A stretch of DNA of 26,510 nucleotides from Candidatus Bathyarchaeum sp. (GCA_026014495.1 JAOZIF010000158.1:1-26510); one strand, 5' to 3'; shown: positions 8,901 to 16,600, counted from the stretch's first letter. Program-made: numbers and translations. Notes: generated by a model not told the origin, from the letters alone.

Positions 8901-9616
8901 GCCGTGCTGCACAATAGCTTAGCTTCAACACAATACCATGTGTCAGCAACTGGAGCGTTAGTGTAACTTGAAATGTTTTCGATACTTCCTGCTTTTCGAT
9001 AACTCAAAGTCCATTTGTGATCAGATTGTGCGGAATTATTCCACGACACATACAACAGTTCGATGTTATCTTTGAAAACACGAAAAACTCTGTGCCCCGA
9101 CCATCCACCCATAGTATTTTCTGCTTTAAAATAAGTCCTAACATAGACTTCACTCTGAGCTGATATTGTTTTTCTTAAATATGCGTTATCTGTGTTTTTG
9201 TCGTTGATGTAACAGCTTAAACCATACGTACCAGACTTTACTGCTTCAGATGCTGAAGAAACTGAAACTACTCCATCACCTGCTTCAGCTTCTGATGTCC
9301 ACTTTCCGTCATCTGTAGTATCAGAACCGCCAGAGTCTTCCCAACCAGAATTCAAAAATTCAGTGAAATACTCAAACAATAATACACGTTGCTTTTTCGT
9401 TAATTTAGGCGCTAGCACTTTGTGTGCATACTCACTCATAGTATCGTAGTTTTTGAGGAATCTTGGTGGAACCCGCCATTTTGACTCTTCATACGCTGTT
9501 CCACATTGCATACAAGCCTGCACTGTGTCGTCATACTGTTTTCCACATTTTGGGCATTGATAACTCCATTTAGGAAATAGATCAAGAACTTCTTTTGGCA
9601 AATTGTTAATATCCAT
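5909..9616 (-). CDS. Large virion fibre/spike-like modular protein (Zn ribbon, 2 ConA/LamG-like domains, fibre repeats, DUF2190-like domain with His-x-His insertion)
   Basis: 1235-aa ORF with AGGAGG SD. Motifs: CPKC..CMQC; two homologous DTWxCVE...LWxDG...DxIxxG...D-x-VIIxD-x-YxGPE domains; DTNLYRS repeats; PYIDFH...DYNVRI; IP..DDTYDLGS..AW; HNH/HKH/HYH/HTH. No signal peptide. Confidence 0.75.
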   Translation of the reverse strand: MDINNLPKEVLDLFPKWSYQCPKCGKQYDDTVQACMQCGTAYEESKWRVPPRFLKNYDTMSEYAHKVLAPKLTKKQRVLLFEYFTEFLNSGWEDSGGSDTTDDGKWTSEAEAGDGVVSVSSASEAVKSGTYGLSCYINDKNTDNAYLRKTISAQSEVYVRTYFKAENTMGGWSGHRVFRVFKDNIELLYVSWNNSAQSDHKWTLSYRKAGSIENISSYTNAPVADTWYCVEAKLLCSTADGNLDAECELWIDGESILSDTDYDSDYTYVDTIRVGACIYATWGPNYYYYDNVIIADTYIGPEEEAPAGAEAGFETGDTSEFDDTETSSGTITATDSVAHHGTYSGKCDVNGDGSAYAEGYFDVAEQQPVYCRGYFRFNQLPETNKDYTIICFENADTSTTVGYIQLIDDGGTKKWKMRRDTGSTEYSTSTSNIPEVDTWVCVEFAHGEDLAKLWVDGDELLSHTDASDQTIDRVHIGACNTDIDADDTLEIYIDCIVVTDEYVGPESEVGDLEVNNLTVNNVITVGEDTNLYRSAADTLKTDDNFVANEIQIGTSILATDESVLYVKESDESPVDLNVGTLTATQVNSDEIKTAAGNTYVWDLANMPNQGTNGYVLTAQGTGNPPVWASAGSGSVNWTAVPSSIIPLNDDTYDLGSETHAWQDIYGSNGHIDNLTTDQLEVDSTLYFGTEQDTNLYRSDANILKTDDKFEANEIQVGTSVLSTDESGALELGDSSQSNTKPYIDFHYGNSGSEDYNVRIQNDGDKQLNISAISSGGTLNLENMELTFEGDTKLYREALNYLKTDGSLAIEGTLYEYGNLRLIDYDVPELSKLEIVNAIYGFEDGMWNPEGFTPGHSYITFWSAIGAGAETQLFVIEDEQDNEPILTTNRGLVVQKDIAAGGFVSANQGELWLGSGRDDQVDVPKIILSNSNVSRLDGGGLLDIPPIPSGSSYPGDPVNGQLFIFTGEYPNRLYKYDGAIWQDKGPRSDFAGYFDTLYITNFDGTPAKLNTGIDRFIDTGCVADASGVEANHFCSITGNNTVGISDMNNSTSLHGVAVATKTQGESVQVIKLGRAQVVAGENLTAGDRVTTDQNGCAIKYNAHNHDKGTLEIGSGSQHKHTDGSLSVTVTGADDYDAHTVGGTTAAQSTGYDQYYTVYDTNSIARQVSGRSHYHGFTGGASANGTHDESMSGSTGYESSHTHELTSGFTGDVATGEVEYKVLVGATTGNLATIWVQ
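7441..7545. repeat. Intragenic 105-bp direct repeat, copy A (partner 7933-8037)
   Basis: Hand alignment gives 90/105 identity, in frame (offset 492 bp); encodes DTNLYRSDANILKTDDKFEANEIQVGTSVLSTDES. Confidence 0.9.
7933..8037. repeat. Intragenic 105-bp direct repeat, copy B (partner 7441-7545)
   Basis: Encodes DTNLYRSAADTLKTDDNFVANEIQIGTSILATDES. Confidence 0.9.
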
Positions 9617-9628
9617 GATTTTTTCCTC

Positions 9629-9796
9629 CTAACAGTCTATCAGATACGAGTGTGGGTTGGTCTCTTCAAACCTGCAAACGATTTCGACGTGTCCGTCATC
9701 AAAAAAGAGGGACTCCGTTTGCATACCGCTTTGGCTATTGCTGTTTCTTTGCGTGTTTGTTGAGACAGTTTTTGTTTGATTTTTTGTTTCTAACAT
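9629..9796 (-). CDS. Unannotated 55-aa ORF, first gene of the fibre cassette
   Basis: Hand translation MLETKNQTKTVSTNTQRNSNSQSGMQTESLFFDDGHVEIVCRFEETNPHSYLIDC*. Its TAG overlaps the AGGAGG SD of the next gene, and a TATA-like box lies about 30 nt upstream. Confidence 0.55.
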   Translation of the reverse strand: MLETKNQTKTVSTNTQRNSNSQSGMQTESLFFDDGHVEIVCRFEETNPHSYLIDC

Positions 9797-9826
9797 TTTC
9801 TATCAGAAAAACATGATGTCAAATCA

Positions 9827-9848
9827 CTTATATCGAAAGGTTAACCTT
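9827..9848 (-). promoter_or_regulatory. Putative TATA box plus an adjacent perfect 12-bp palindrome
   Basis: GATATAAG on the minus strand (9834-9827); AAGGTTAACCTT at 9837-9848. Confidence 0.5.
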
Positions 9849-9998
9849 AATGATATATCTGGCATTAATGACTATTAGATTCAAAAAACACAGTTATTAT
9901 GCTGCCAAATCTAACAAAACTATGAACGTAACATTAACTTGGAACAAAAACTATCCAAAACACTATTTTGAAGGATAACCGTATCAAAAGAAGAATCA

Positions 9999-11327
9999 TT
10001 ACTTTTTCAGTAATTTCTTCATTAGTTTCTGTTTACTCTCGGCTGAGACTGTTATTTTGTTCTCTTTTTTTGTGTAACTATTCCTGTTCACGAAAATGAT
10101 TGTTTCCGGTTCCAAGTCCTGTTGAAGATCCACATTTGGTCCAACCATGCTCTGCGGGCCTATCTTTACTCCCGGCTCAAGACAAGCATTTATGCCTGTT
10201 TTACAGTTGCTCCCGATTATTGCACCTAGCTTGTTTGTGCCTGAATCTATTCTGTTTTCGCCTATCTTGACTTTGATGTTGTTTTCGTCGAATCTGTAGT
10301 TGGCAGTTATTGTTCCTGCACCAAAAAGGCAGTTATCCGAGATTATGGAGTCGCCGATGTAGTTCATGTGGAACCAGCAGTCGTCTCCGATAAGTGAATG
10401 CTTGATTTCTGTTGCAAAACCTACAACACAGCCTTTGCCTAACGATGTGTAATCACGAACCAAGCTATTGCCTCCAACAACACAGTTCTCGCCTAAATAG
10501 CAAGGTCCTCTTACACAAGCGCCCTCAAACACTTTTGCGCCCTTTTCTATCCACACGTTTCCTTCAATTGTTGCACGCTCAGAAATCTGAGTGTCGTCTT
10601 TGATTGTTTGCTCTTTTATTTTGCTATCCATGAGATGTTTATTTATAGTGAACAGGTCCCACGGATACTTGTAGCCTGCAAAAAATTTGTCATAGCTTAC
10701 TGCTTTGACAACGTTTTTGTCTTTGATGAATTCAAGTATCGCGTCCTCATACTGGTGGTCTGAGAGTGGAATCTTTTTGTAGTAATCAAAAATCTGTTTA
10801 GTTAATATGTACACTCCAACTACAGCCAAGTTGCTTGGCTCTTTTCCTTTTGGAGGCTTCTCAACAAAATCTGTTACCTGCTCATCCTCTACCCTGATTA
10901 TGCCAAACTTCCACGTTTCCTCTACTGGCTTGCAGGAGAGAACTATCTCTGCTTTTCCCTCTTTGAATTGCATGTGCATCTGCTTTATTAATGAAGCCTC
11001 GAAAACGTCGTCAGCGTTGACCACAAAAAAGTTGTCTTCTGCTAACATCTCCACAGTTTGCAGGGCATTTGCCATCCCTAAAGATTGCTTTTGAACAGTA
11101 TATTTGATGTTGACTCCTAGGTTGCTGCCGTCTTTGAGGTATTCTTTGATTTGTTCTCCCTTGTGACCTACCACAACAACGTAGTCTTTTAGTCCAGCCT
11201 CTTTGAGGCGGTCTATGACATGATGAATCAGCGGTTTTCCTAAAAGCTTGAACATGGGTTTAGGACTACTTGCAGCAAGCGGAAAAACCCTTCTTCCTTC
11301 TCCCCCCGCAAGGATAATGGTCTGCAA
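9999..11327 (-). CDS. glmU: Bifunctional sugar-1-phosphate nucleotidylyltransferase/acetyltransferase (archaeal GlmU-like)
   Basis: IILAGGEGRR...PKPM, QKQSLGMANA, VNADD and VEKP motifs, then hexapeptide left-handed beta-helix repeats with HMNYIGDS and LGAIIG; TTG start abuts the stop of the upstream mutase gene. Confidence 0.85.
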   Translation of the reverse strand: MQTIILAGGEGRRVFPLAASSPKPMFKLLGKPLIHHVIDRLKEAGLKDYVVVVGHKGEQIKEYLKDGSNLGVNIKYTVQKQSLGMANALQTVEMLAEDNFFVVNADDVFEASLIKQMHMQFKEGKAEIVLSCKPVEETWKFGIIRVEDEQVTDFVEKPPKGKEPSNLAVVGVYILTKQIFDYYKKIPLSDHQYEDAILEFIKDKNVVKAVSYDKFFAGYKYPWDLFTINKHLMDSKIKEQTIKDDTQISERATIEGNVWIEKGAKVFEGACVRGPCYLGENCVVGGNSLVRDYTSLGKGCVVGFATEIKHSLIGDDCWFHMNYIGDSIISDNCLFGAGTITANYRFDENNIKVKIGENRIDSGTNKLGAIIGSNCKTGINACLEPGVKIGPQSMVGPNVDLQQDLEPETIIFVNRNSYTKKENKITVSAESKQKLMKKLLKK

Positions 11328-12713
11328 TCAATCACCTTTCATTGCTTTGTTTAGTTCTTTTACTGCAAAATCGTAAAGTTCATTTAGTTTCTCTTCTGTT
11401 CGAGCTTCTGCAGAGATTCGTATCACAGGTTCAGTGTTTGAAGCTCGCAAAATCACCCAGCCGTCTTTTTCTATCAGCTTTACTCCATCTATGTCCAATG
11501 TTTTGTGTCCAATTTCCTTGAACTGTCTTCGAACTTTTTCTACAACAGCAAATTTCTTTTTGTCTGGACACTCAAAGTTCTTTTCATAGACTGAGGGATA
11601 TTGTGGAAGCGCAGCAACCATTTCTGAAAGTTTTTCATCGGTTTTTGAGAGAATTTCTGCCAGTTTCATGCTTGCGTATGTGCCGTCGTCCATGCCGTAG
11701 ACGTCATCGAAATAGAAGTGGCTACTCTTTTCTCCTCCGAGTACTGCCTTCGCTCCAATCATTTTATCCATTATGAATGTGTGACCGACACGTTCAACAA
11801 TGGGGACTCCGCCTAGTTTCTTCACGTATTCTTCAACCGCCATGGAACAGCTTAATTCGTAAACAACTTTTCCTCCTGGATGTTCCTGTAAAATGTCTTT
11901 AGCAAAAATCAGCAAAGTCAGGTCTCCAGGAATCAATTTACCTTTCTCATCAATGAACACGGCTCTATCACCATCACCATCGTATCCTACTCCAAAATCT
12001 GCTTTGCGTTTCACTACTTCATTCATCAGTTCACCCAATGTTTCAGCCTTTGGTACGGGTAGATGCGCTGGGAACGTGCCATCTGGCTCCTTGTTTAGTG
12101 TTAAAATATTGCATCCCATTTTTTCGAATAGAGCAGGAGCCACCAATCCACAGGTGCCGTTTGCCGTGTCGGCTACAACATTTAGCTTTCTTTCAAAGTT
12201 TATTTTGCTTTGAACAAAATTTTGGTATTCTTTAATTACGCCTTCATAGTTGTCTGCCGTTCTCGTTCTTATACCCAACTCTTTAGGGTCAACCTGCTTT
12301 GCATAATGTTTGATGGTATCCATGGCACTACCGTAAATGCTTCCCTTTTGTCCCCAAAATGCCTTGAATCCATTCCATTTGGGTGGGTTATGGGAAGCAG
12401 TGACCATGATTCCCGCGTCCTTGTTGAGAATGTTTGCAGCAAAATAGAGCAGAGGCGTTGGAAGCACGCCCACGTCAGTTACGTTGCAACGGGAAGTGAG
12501 TCCAGAGACTAAGGCGTCACGGAGTTGTTCTCCGCTGACTCTGACATCTCTGCCTACTACTACAGTTTTGCCTTCTAGGAACTTGGCGAAGGCTGCTCCT
12601 ATTTTTGTTGCAACTTCCCGTGTTAGGTCTTCGCCAAAGATTCCTCTTATATCGTAGGCTCTAAAGATGTGCTCAAAGTCTGTTTTTGAAGTGGTCAATG
12701 ATTTTCCTCTCAA
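11328..12713 (-). CDS. Phosphohexomutase (phosphoglucosamine mutase / PMM-PGM family)
   Basis: FRAYDIRG, TASHNP (phosphoserine), DGDGDR (metal loop), GEKSSH and RASNTEP motifs. Confidence 0.93.
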   Translation of the reverse strand: MRGKSLTTSKTDFEHIFRAYDIRGIFGEDLTREVATKIGAAFAKFLEGKTVVVGRDVRVSGEQLRDALVSGLTSRCNVTDVGVLPTPLLYFAANILNKDAGIMVTASHNPPKWNGFKAFWGQKGSIYGSAMDTIKHYAKQVDPKELGIRTRTADNYEGVIKEYQNFVQSKINFERKLNVVADTANGTCGLVAPALFEKMGCNILTLNKEPDGTFPAHLPVPKAETLGELMNEVVKRKADFGVGYDGDGDRAVFIDEKGKLIPGDLTLLIFAKDILQEHPGGKVVYELSCSMAVEEYVKKLGGVPIVERVGHTFIMDKMIGAKAVLGGEKSSHFYFDDVYGMDDGTYASMKLAEILSKTDEKLSEMVAALPQYPSVYEKNFECPDKKKFAVVEKVRRQFKEIGHKTLDIDGVKLIEKDGWVILRASNTEPVIRISAEARTEEKLNELYDFAVKELNKAMKGD

Positions 12714-12780
12714 ACTAGTTTTTGGTCAACTCACTTAAATTATAATCGATGTTAAAATCAAGAACAAGAGCACATTTTTG

Positions 12781-13515
12781 TTACTTTGTATTTTCTTGTG
12801 TTTCTTCATAGGTGTTGTGGATGACTTCTTTCACTTTTTTTGTGATTTTTGGTCCTAAACCATTAACATCCTTTTGCCACCTGTCCACATTATTGAGGGC
12901 ATTTAATGGGCACTGATAAGAATTCAAAAGAGACACTGCTTTTTCGCGTCCAATATTTGGGAGACTAGCCATAAAGAAGATTTGAGCATCCGATAAGCTG
13001 TCATGCTTCTTTACAGGATGAACAACTGGAGACCTCTTTTCTACAATTTGTTCTTGTTTTGCTGCTGTGTACAAAAAATCTACAGTTTCTTTGTAGCTGT
13101 TTGTGTGCATCAGATTGATTCCCTGCTTGGCAAGGGCGAACATGGCGCCCCAAACTGACGCAGGCTGAATTTTGCTGTATTTATACACAATTGGCAAGTA
13201 TCCTTCAATTAGGATGAATGGTTTTTCGTAACATTCTTGGAGTGTGAATAACTGGTCAAACAGGTATCGTCGGGTAAGCGTGTAAACAAAATCGTTGACT
13301 GTTTTTCGTTCAAATGCACAAAGGTTCGAGATGACGTAGTCGCCTTTCTCTAGGTATCTTATGCTGATGTCGGCGCCCCGTTCTGTTAGTCCTTTGACTA
13401 TTTTTGGTGCTGTTTTCGCTTCGCGGCTATCTACTATAATTGTTGGTTGGTCTGATTTTCCTTTTTCTTTAAGAAACGGAATGAGTGATTCAGCTCCAGA
13501 CATGCTATTCTCCAT
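12781..13515 (-). CDS. xpf: XPF/ERCC4 structure-specific endonuclease, short form (nuclease + HhH2)
   Basis: IIVDSRE, GDYVIS..AFERKT (GDxnERK) and ILIEG, plus two HhH motifs (LPNIGREKA, VNGLGPK). Confidence 0.88.
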   Translation of the reverse strand: MENSMSGAESLIPFLKEKGKSDQPTIIVDSREAKTAPKIVKGLTERGADISIRYLEKGDYVISNLCAFERKTVNDFVYTLTRRYLFDQLFTLQECYEKPFILIEGYLPIVYKYSKIQPASVWGAMFALAKQGINLMHTNSYKETVDFLYTAAKQEQIVEKRSPVVHPVKKHDSLSDAQIFFMASLPNIGREKAVSLLNSYQCPLNALNNVDRWQKDVNGLGPKITKKVKEVIHNTYEETQENTK

Positions 13516-13568
13516 CCATCATTTAATTACAAGATAAATGTAATAAATAGTAGAGGGTTTATCGCACA

Positions 13569-14111
13569 TTGAGAGAACAAAACTATGCACTGTCTGGTCT
13601 CCTTGGACCTTTGATTGCAGTTATTTGTATTGCAGGGTCTATACTTTTGTCTCCGTGGTTCAGCTGGGAAATCAACGCTTTGAGTGACCTTGGGCACTCT
13701 GTTAATAGTGATGTGGCGCCGTTGTTCAATTTTGGATTGCTTTCCTGTGGTTTTTTAATGATTTTTTATTCAGTTACAAGTTTTAGGGGTCACGCAAAAT
13801 ACACGAGCTATTTTCTGATGTTTTCTGGGCTGGCTCTACAGCTGGTTGCTACTTTCAATGAGGTTTATAAACCGCTTCACTTTCAGGTTTCTGTGCTGTT
13901 CTTTTTGTCGTTATGCTTTGCATCAGTTAGCTACATCATAGAGAAAAGGTCGATTCTGGCAGTTGTTGCTTTAACTATTGGTCTTATTTCGTGGATACTG
14001 TATGGGCTGGATGTGTACAGTGCTGGTATTGCGGTGCCCGAGACCGTGTCATCAATGGCTACTGCCTCGTGGGTTGTGTTGGCTGCTCTAAAAGATTACT
14101 TTGCTAAATAA
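13569..14111 (+). CDS. DUF998-like integral membrane protein
   Basis: FSW..NALSDLG and APLFNFGL motifs, about 6 hydrophobic segments, LHF.VS, and a late PE motif. Confidence 0.75.
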   Translation: MREQNYALSGLLGPLIAVICIAGSILLSPWFSWEINALSDLGHSVNSDVAPLFNFGLLSCGFLMIFYSVTSFRGHAKYTSYFLMFSGLALQLVATFNEVYKPLHFQVSVLFFLSLCFASVSYIIEKRSILAVVALTIGLISWILYGLDVYSAGIAVPETVSSMATASWVVLAALKDYFAK

Positions 14112-14282
14112 GTGCATACAATCAATCTGCAATTTAGCCATTTGTTTATGTTAAAGCCGTGAGTATTGCTTGGGGTGTATGTATCGAAATTTGGAATATA
14201 TCTAAAAACGGAACAACAACTATGAAAAATTCTGAAGCAGGCAGAGAGGCGGTTATTGTTTGTGTTCAAGTTTTTGTGACAA

Positions 14283-14666
14283 TCAGGTTAGGGGTTGTGG
14301 TTGTTTTGGGACACAGTTGTTGTTAATTGGTATTCGGTTTAGCCCTATGCTTGTGAGTCTACGGCAGATGTGGTTGAGGGACTCTTCTGTGCCGTTTAAT
14401 AGGTTGGCTCCTTCGGGAGTTAATGAGTAAACTTTTCGTGGACGGTAGTTGTTTAGGTCCCATTGGCTTTTGATGTACCCTTTTTCTTCTAGGACGCCGA
14501 GCATAGGGTATATTGTGCTTGGACCGAAGTAAACGCCGAAGTTTCTGCGGATGCTTGTGATGATGTTGTATCCGTGTCTGGGTTTTACTTTTAGGAATTG
14601 TAGGATTACTAGGTCTAGTAGGCCTCTCATGAGCTTTATTTGTACTTCTCGAAGTTTTTCTCGCAT
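14283..14666 (-). CDS. PadR-family transcriptional regulator
   Basis: RGLLDLVILQFL...HGYNI...FGPSTIYPMLGVLEEKGYI...RKVYSLTPEG. Confidence 0.9.
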   Translation of the reverse strand: MREKLREVQIKLMRGLLDLVILQFLKVKPRHGYNIITSIRRNFGVYFGPSTIYPMLGVLEEKGYIKSQWDLNNYRPRKVYSLTPEGANLLNGTEESLNHICRRLTSIGLNRIPINNNCVPKQPQPLT

Positions 14667-14721
14667 TTTTGTTTCCTCTTTTGTGTTTTTGTTTTACAGT
14701 TCTTCAGTTTTACACATATAC

Positions 14722-14745
14722 AATATGTCCATTTTCTGACATATT
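14722..14745. promoter_or_regulatory. Inverted-repeat operator between divergent padR genes
   Basis: AATATGTC-CATTTTCT-GACATATT: perfect 8-bp arms with an 8-nt spacer. Confidence 0.6.
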
Positions 14746-14828
14746 ACAATATTCATATAACATAAAAACACGATATAAACGTTCGTGCGACCTGCAAACA
14801 TAAAAAAGCATACCTGAACATACAAAAA

Positions 14829-15278
14829 ATGTGGAAAAACCTAGGCAACTTAAATAAACACAAGCATCCAACTACAATAATACACAACAGGAAACCAAAA
14901 ACGTTGACAGAAAACGAAAAAAAACAACTTGTTCAACGCATAACCAGAAATTTCCTAGATGTACTAATTTTAAGGCTCATACAAACAGAACCAATGTGGG
15001 GCTACAAAATAATCAAAAAAACCGAAAAACTCTTCGAAATAAAACTTAGACACGGCGCACTATACCCTTTACTTAACACCTTGGAATACGAAGGATACGC
15101 CAAAAGCAAAAAAACAACCAAAAAAGGACGCGTAAGAAAAGTTTACACAATCACTCCAAAAGGAACACAACTCGTTGACGCATACTACTCTTTCCTGAAA
15201 GAACAACTAGAAAAAATGGACCTAAAAGAGGAGGCTCAAATTGAAGAAAATTGTGGCTTACCTGAAAGCTCCAGTTGA
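14829..15278 (+). CDS. PadR-family transcriptional regulator (true start possibly TTG 14904)
   Basis: FLDVLILRLI...MWGYKI...HGALYPLLNTLE.EGY...RKVYTITPKG; a TATA-like TTAAATAA near 14851 lies inside the longer ORF and favours the later start. Confidence 0.88.
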   Translation: MWKNLGNLNKHKHPTTIIHNRKPKTLTENEKKQLVQRITRNFLDVLILRLIQTEPMWGYKIIKKTEKLFEIKLRHGALYPLLNTLEYEGYAKSKKTTKKGRVRKVYTITPKGTQLVDAYYSFLKEQLEKMDLKEEAQIEENCGLPESSS

Positions 15279-15380
15279 AACTAAGCGTTATGGCAAGGAC
15301 TGGAACGCACATCCATTTGATTTGTCGGTAGATGTGAGTAAACAAAGAAATTACCGTTTAATAAAACTGGGGAACTTGAA

Positions 15381-16370
15381 ATGAAAAACAAGAAGTTAAT
15401 TGTACAAGTTAACAAGCTGCTGGTAGAGCGAAGCAAAGAAGCACTGAACCGTGCAAAAAAAGAGATTACGAACGAAAAACGGGCAAGCAAAACGATTAAT
15501 GATGCTTTCAAGTATTACGCAAAAACTTGGAACGATGTTGTGCATCCGGGATTGGTTTCAATTGGTTGTGAAGCGGTGGGCGGAGATGCTGACGATGTAA
15601 TTGCCATACAGGTTGCTACTTTGTTGCTTACTGCTGGGTTTGATGTACATGACGACATAATTGATGAATCAGAGACAAAATATGGCAAACCCACTGTTTA
15701 CGCCAAGTTTGGCAAAAATGTTGCTCTTCTTGTAGGTGACGCCTTTTTGATGAAGGCACTAATTCTTCTCCACAAATTAGAGAAGCAACTTTCTTCAGAA
15801 AAGATGGATGCGATCTGGAACATAATTGATGGTCTCTTCTTCGAGTTGGGAGATGCTGAAGCTCTAGAGGCTTCCTTGAAAAGCAATGTAGATGTTTCTG
15901 CGGAAGAATGCTTCAAGATTCTGAAAATGAAATCTTCAACTTTCGAAGCACACATGCGAATTGGTGCCATTGTAGGCGGGGCAAAACAGGGTGATGTTGA
16001 GTTGCTGGGCGATTTTGGTAGAACATTAGGCCTTTTGATCAATATTCGTGAGGATTTCATTGACGTATTCGAGGCCGAAGAACTCCAAAACCGATTCAAG
16101 AACGAGTGTTTACCCATTCCAATCCTGTATGCATTCAAGAACAAACAGACAAAAAAGACAATAATGAATTATTTTTCAAAACAAAAAATTACGGACAACG
16201 ATGCAGAAAAAATAGTTGATATTGTATTTGATGATAAGAATGTTGAACTATTAAGAAATGAAATTACTTACATTTCTAAAAGAGCATGTAACACTATCAG
16301 CCATATTTCAAACAGTGAATTAACCGCTCAACTAAAAATACTGATTAGTGGAATAATTGAAGACTTATGA
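15381..16370 (+). CDS. Divergent polyprenyl (isoprenyl diphosphate) synthase-family protein
   Basis: FARM VHDDIID (aa 89-95), TVYAKFG...ALLVGD, KMKSS and a degenerate SARM NIREDFID (aa 221-228); lacks GGKRxR and RRG. Confidence 0.85.
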   Translation: MKNKKLIVQVNKLLVERSKEALNRAKKEITNEKRASKTINDAFKYYAKTWNDVVHPGLVSIGCEAVGGDADDVIAIQVATLLLTAGFDVHDDIIDESETKYGKPTVYAKFGKNVALLVGDAFLMKALILLHKLEKQLSSEKMDAIWNIIDGLFFELGDAEALEASLKSNVDVSAEECFKILKMKSSTFEAHMRIGAIVGGAKQGDVELLGDFGRTLGLLINIREDFIDVFEAEELQNRFKNECLPIPILYAFKNKQTKKTIMNYFSKQKITDNDAEKIVDIVFDDKNVELLRNEITYISKRACNTISHISNSELTAQLKILISGIIEDL

Positions 16371-16526
16371 ATGGCGCCTAGCGGAATTAAACGCCATATA
16401 TTCTTGTTGGTTTTTGTTTTTTCTGTGCCATGTTTCATCACTAACTGTATTCATGTTCTACAAGTTAGATATAAGCTTTGTTCTACACAACTACAAATCG
16501 TTTACTTGACACTTAGTCTAGATTAG
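16371..16526 (+). CDS. Putative 51-aa small protein in the duplicated unit (copy 1)
   Basis: ATG immediately follows the synthase TGA; MAPSGIKRHIFLLVFVFSVPCFITNCIHVLQVRYKLCSTQLQIVYLTLSLD*; no SD or homology support. Confidence 0.3.
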   Translation: MAPSGIKRHIFLLVFVFSVPCFITNCIHVLQVRYKLCSTQLQIVYLTLSLD

Positions 16527-16600
16527 AATTCTATTTACAGAAATTTTGATCAATCATTCATCTAAAAATATTAACCAGCGAAATAATTGAAGACTTATGA

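Noticed and set aside
5514-9998. Complete provirus or integrative element with att sites
   Set aside because: No integrase, terminase, portal or capsid gene, no tRNA target, and no convincing direct repeat shared by the 5514-5675 and 9797-9998 flanks
14222-14326. 34-aa ORF MKNSEAGREAVIVCVQVFVTIRLGVVVVLGHSCC*
   Set aside because: It overlaps the padR 3' end antisense, and its Val-rich composition is explained by the local G+T skew; no SD or homology evidence
16328-16454. Minus-strand Trp-containing micro-ORFs in the duplicated unit (16454-16365 MNTVSDETWHRK..., 29 aa; 16438-16328 MKHGTEKTKTNKNIWRLIP..., 36 aa) as ComX-like precursors
   Set aside because: They are antisense to the synthase operon, overlap its 3' end and are short enough to arise by chance. 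A TATA-like TTATATCT upstream is the only support; revisit if antisense transcripts are found.
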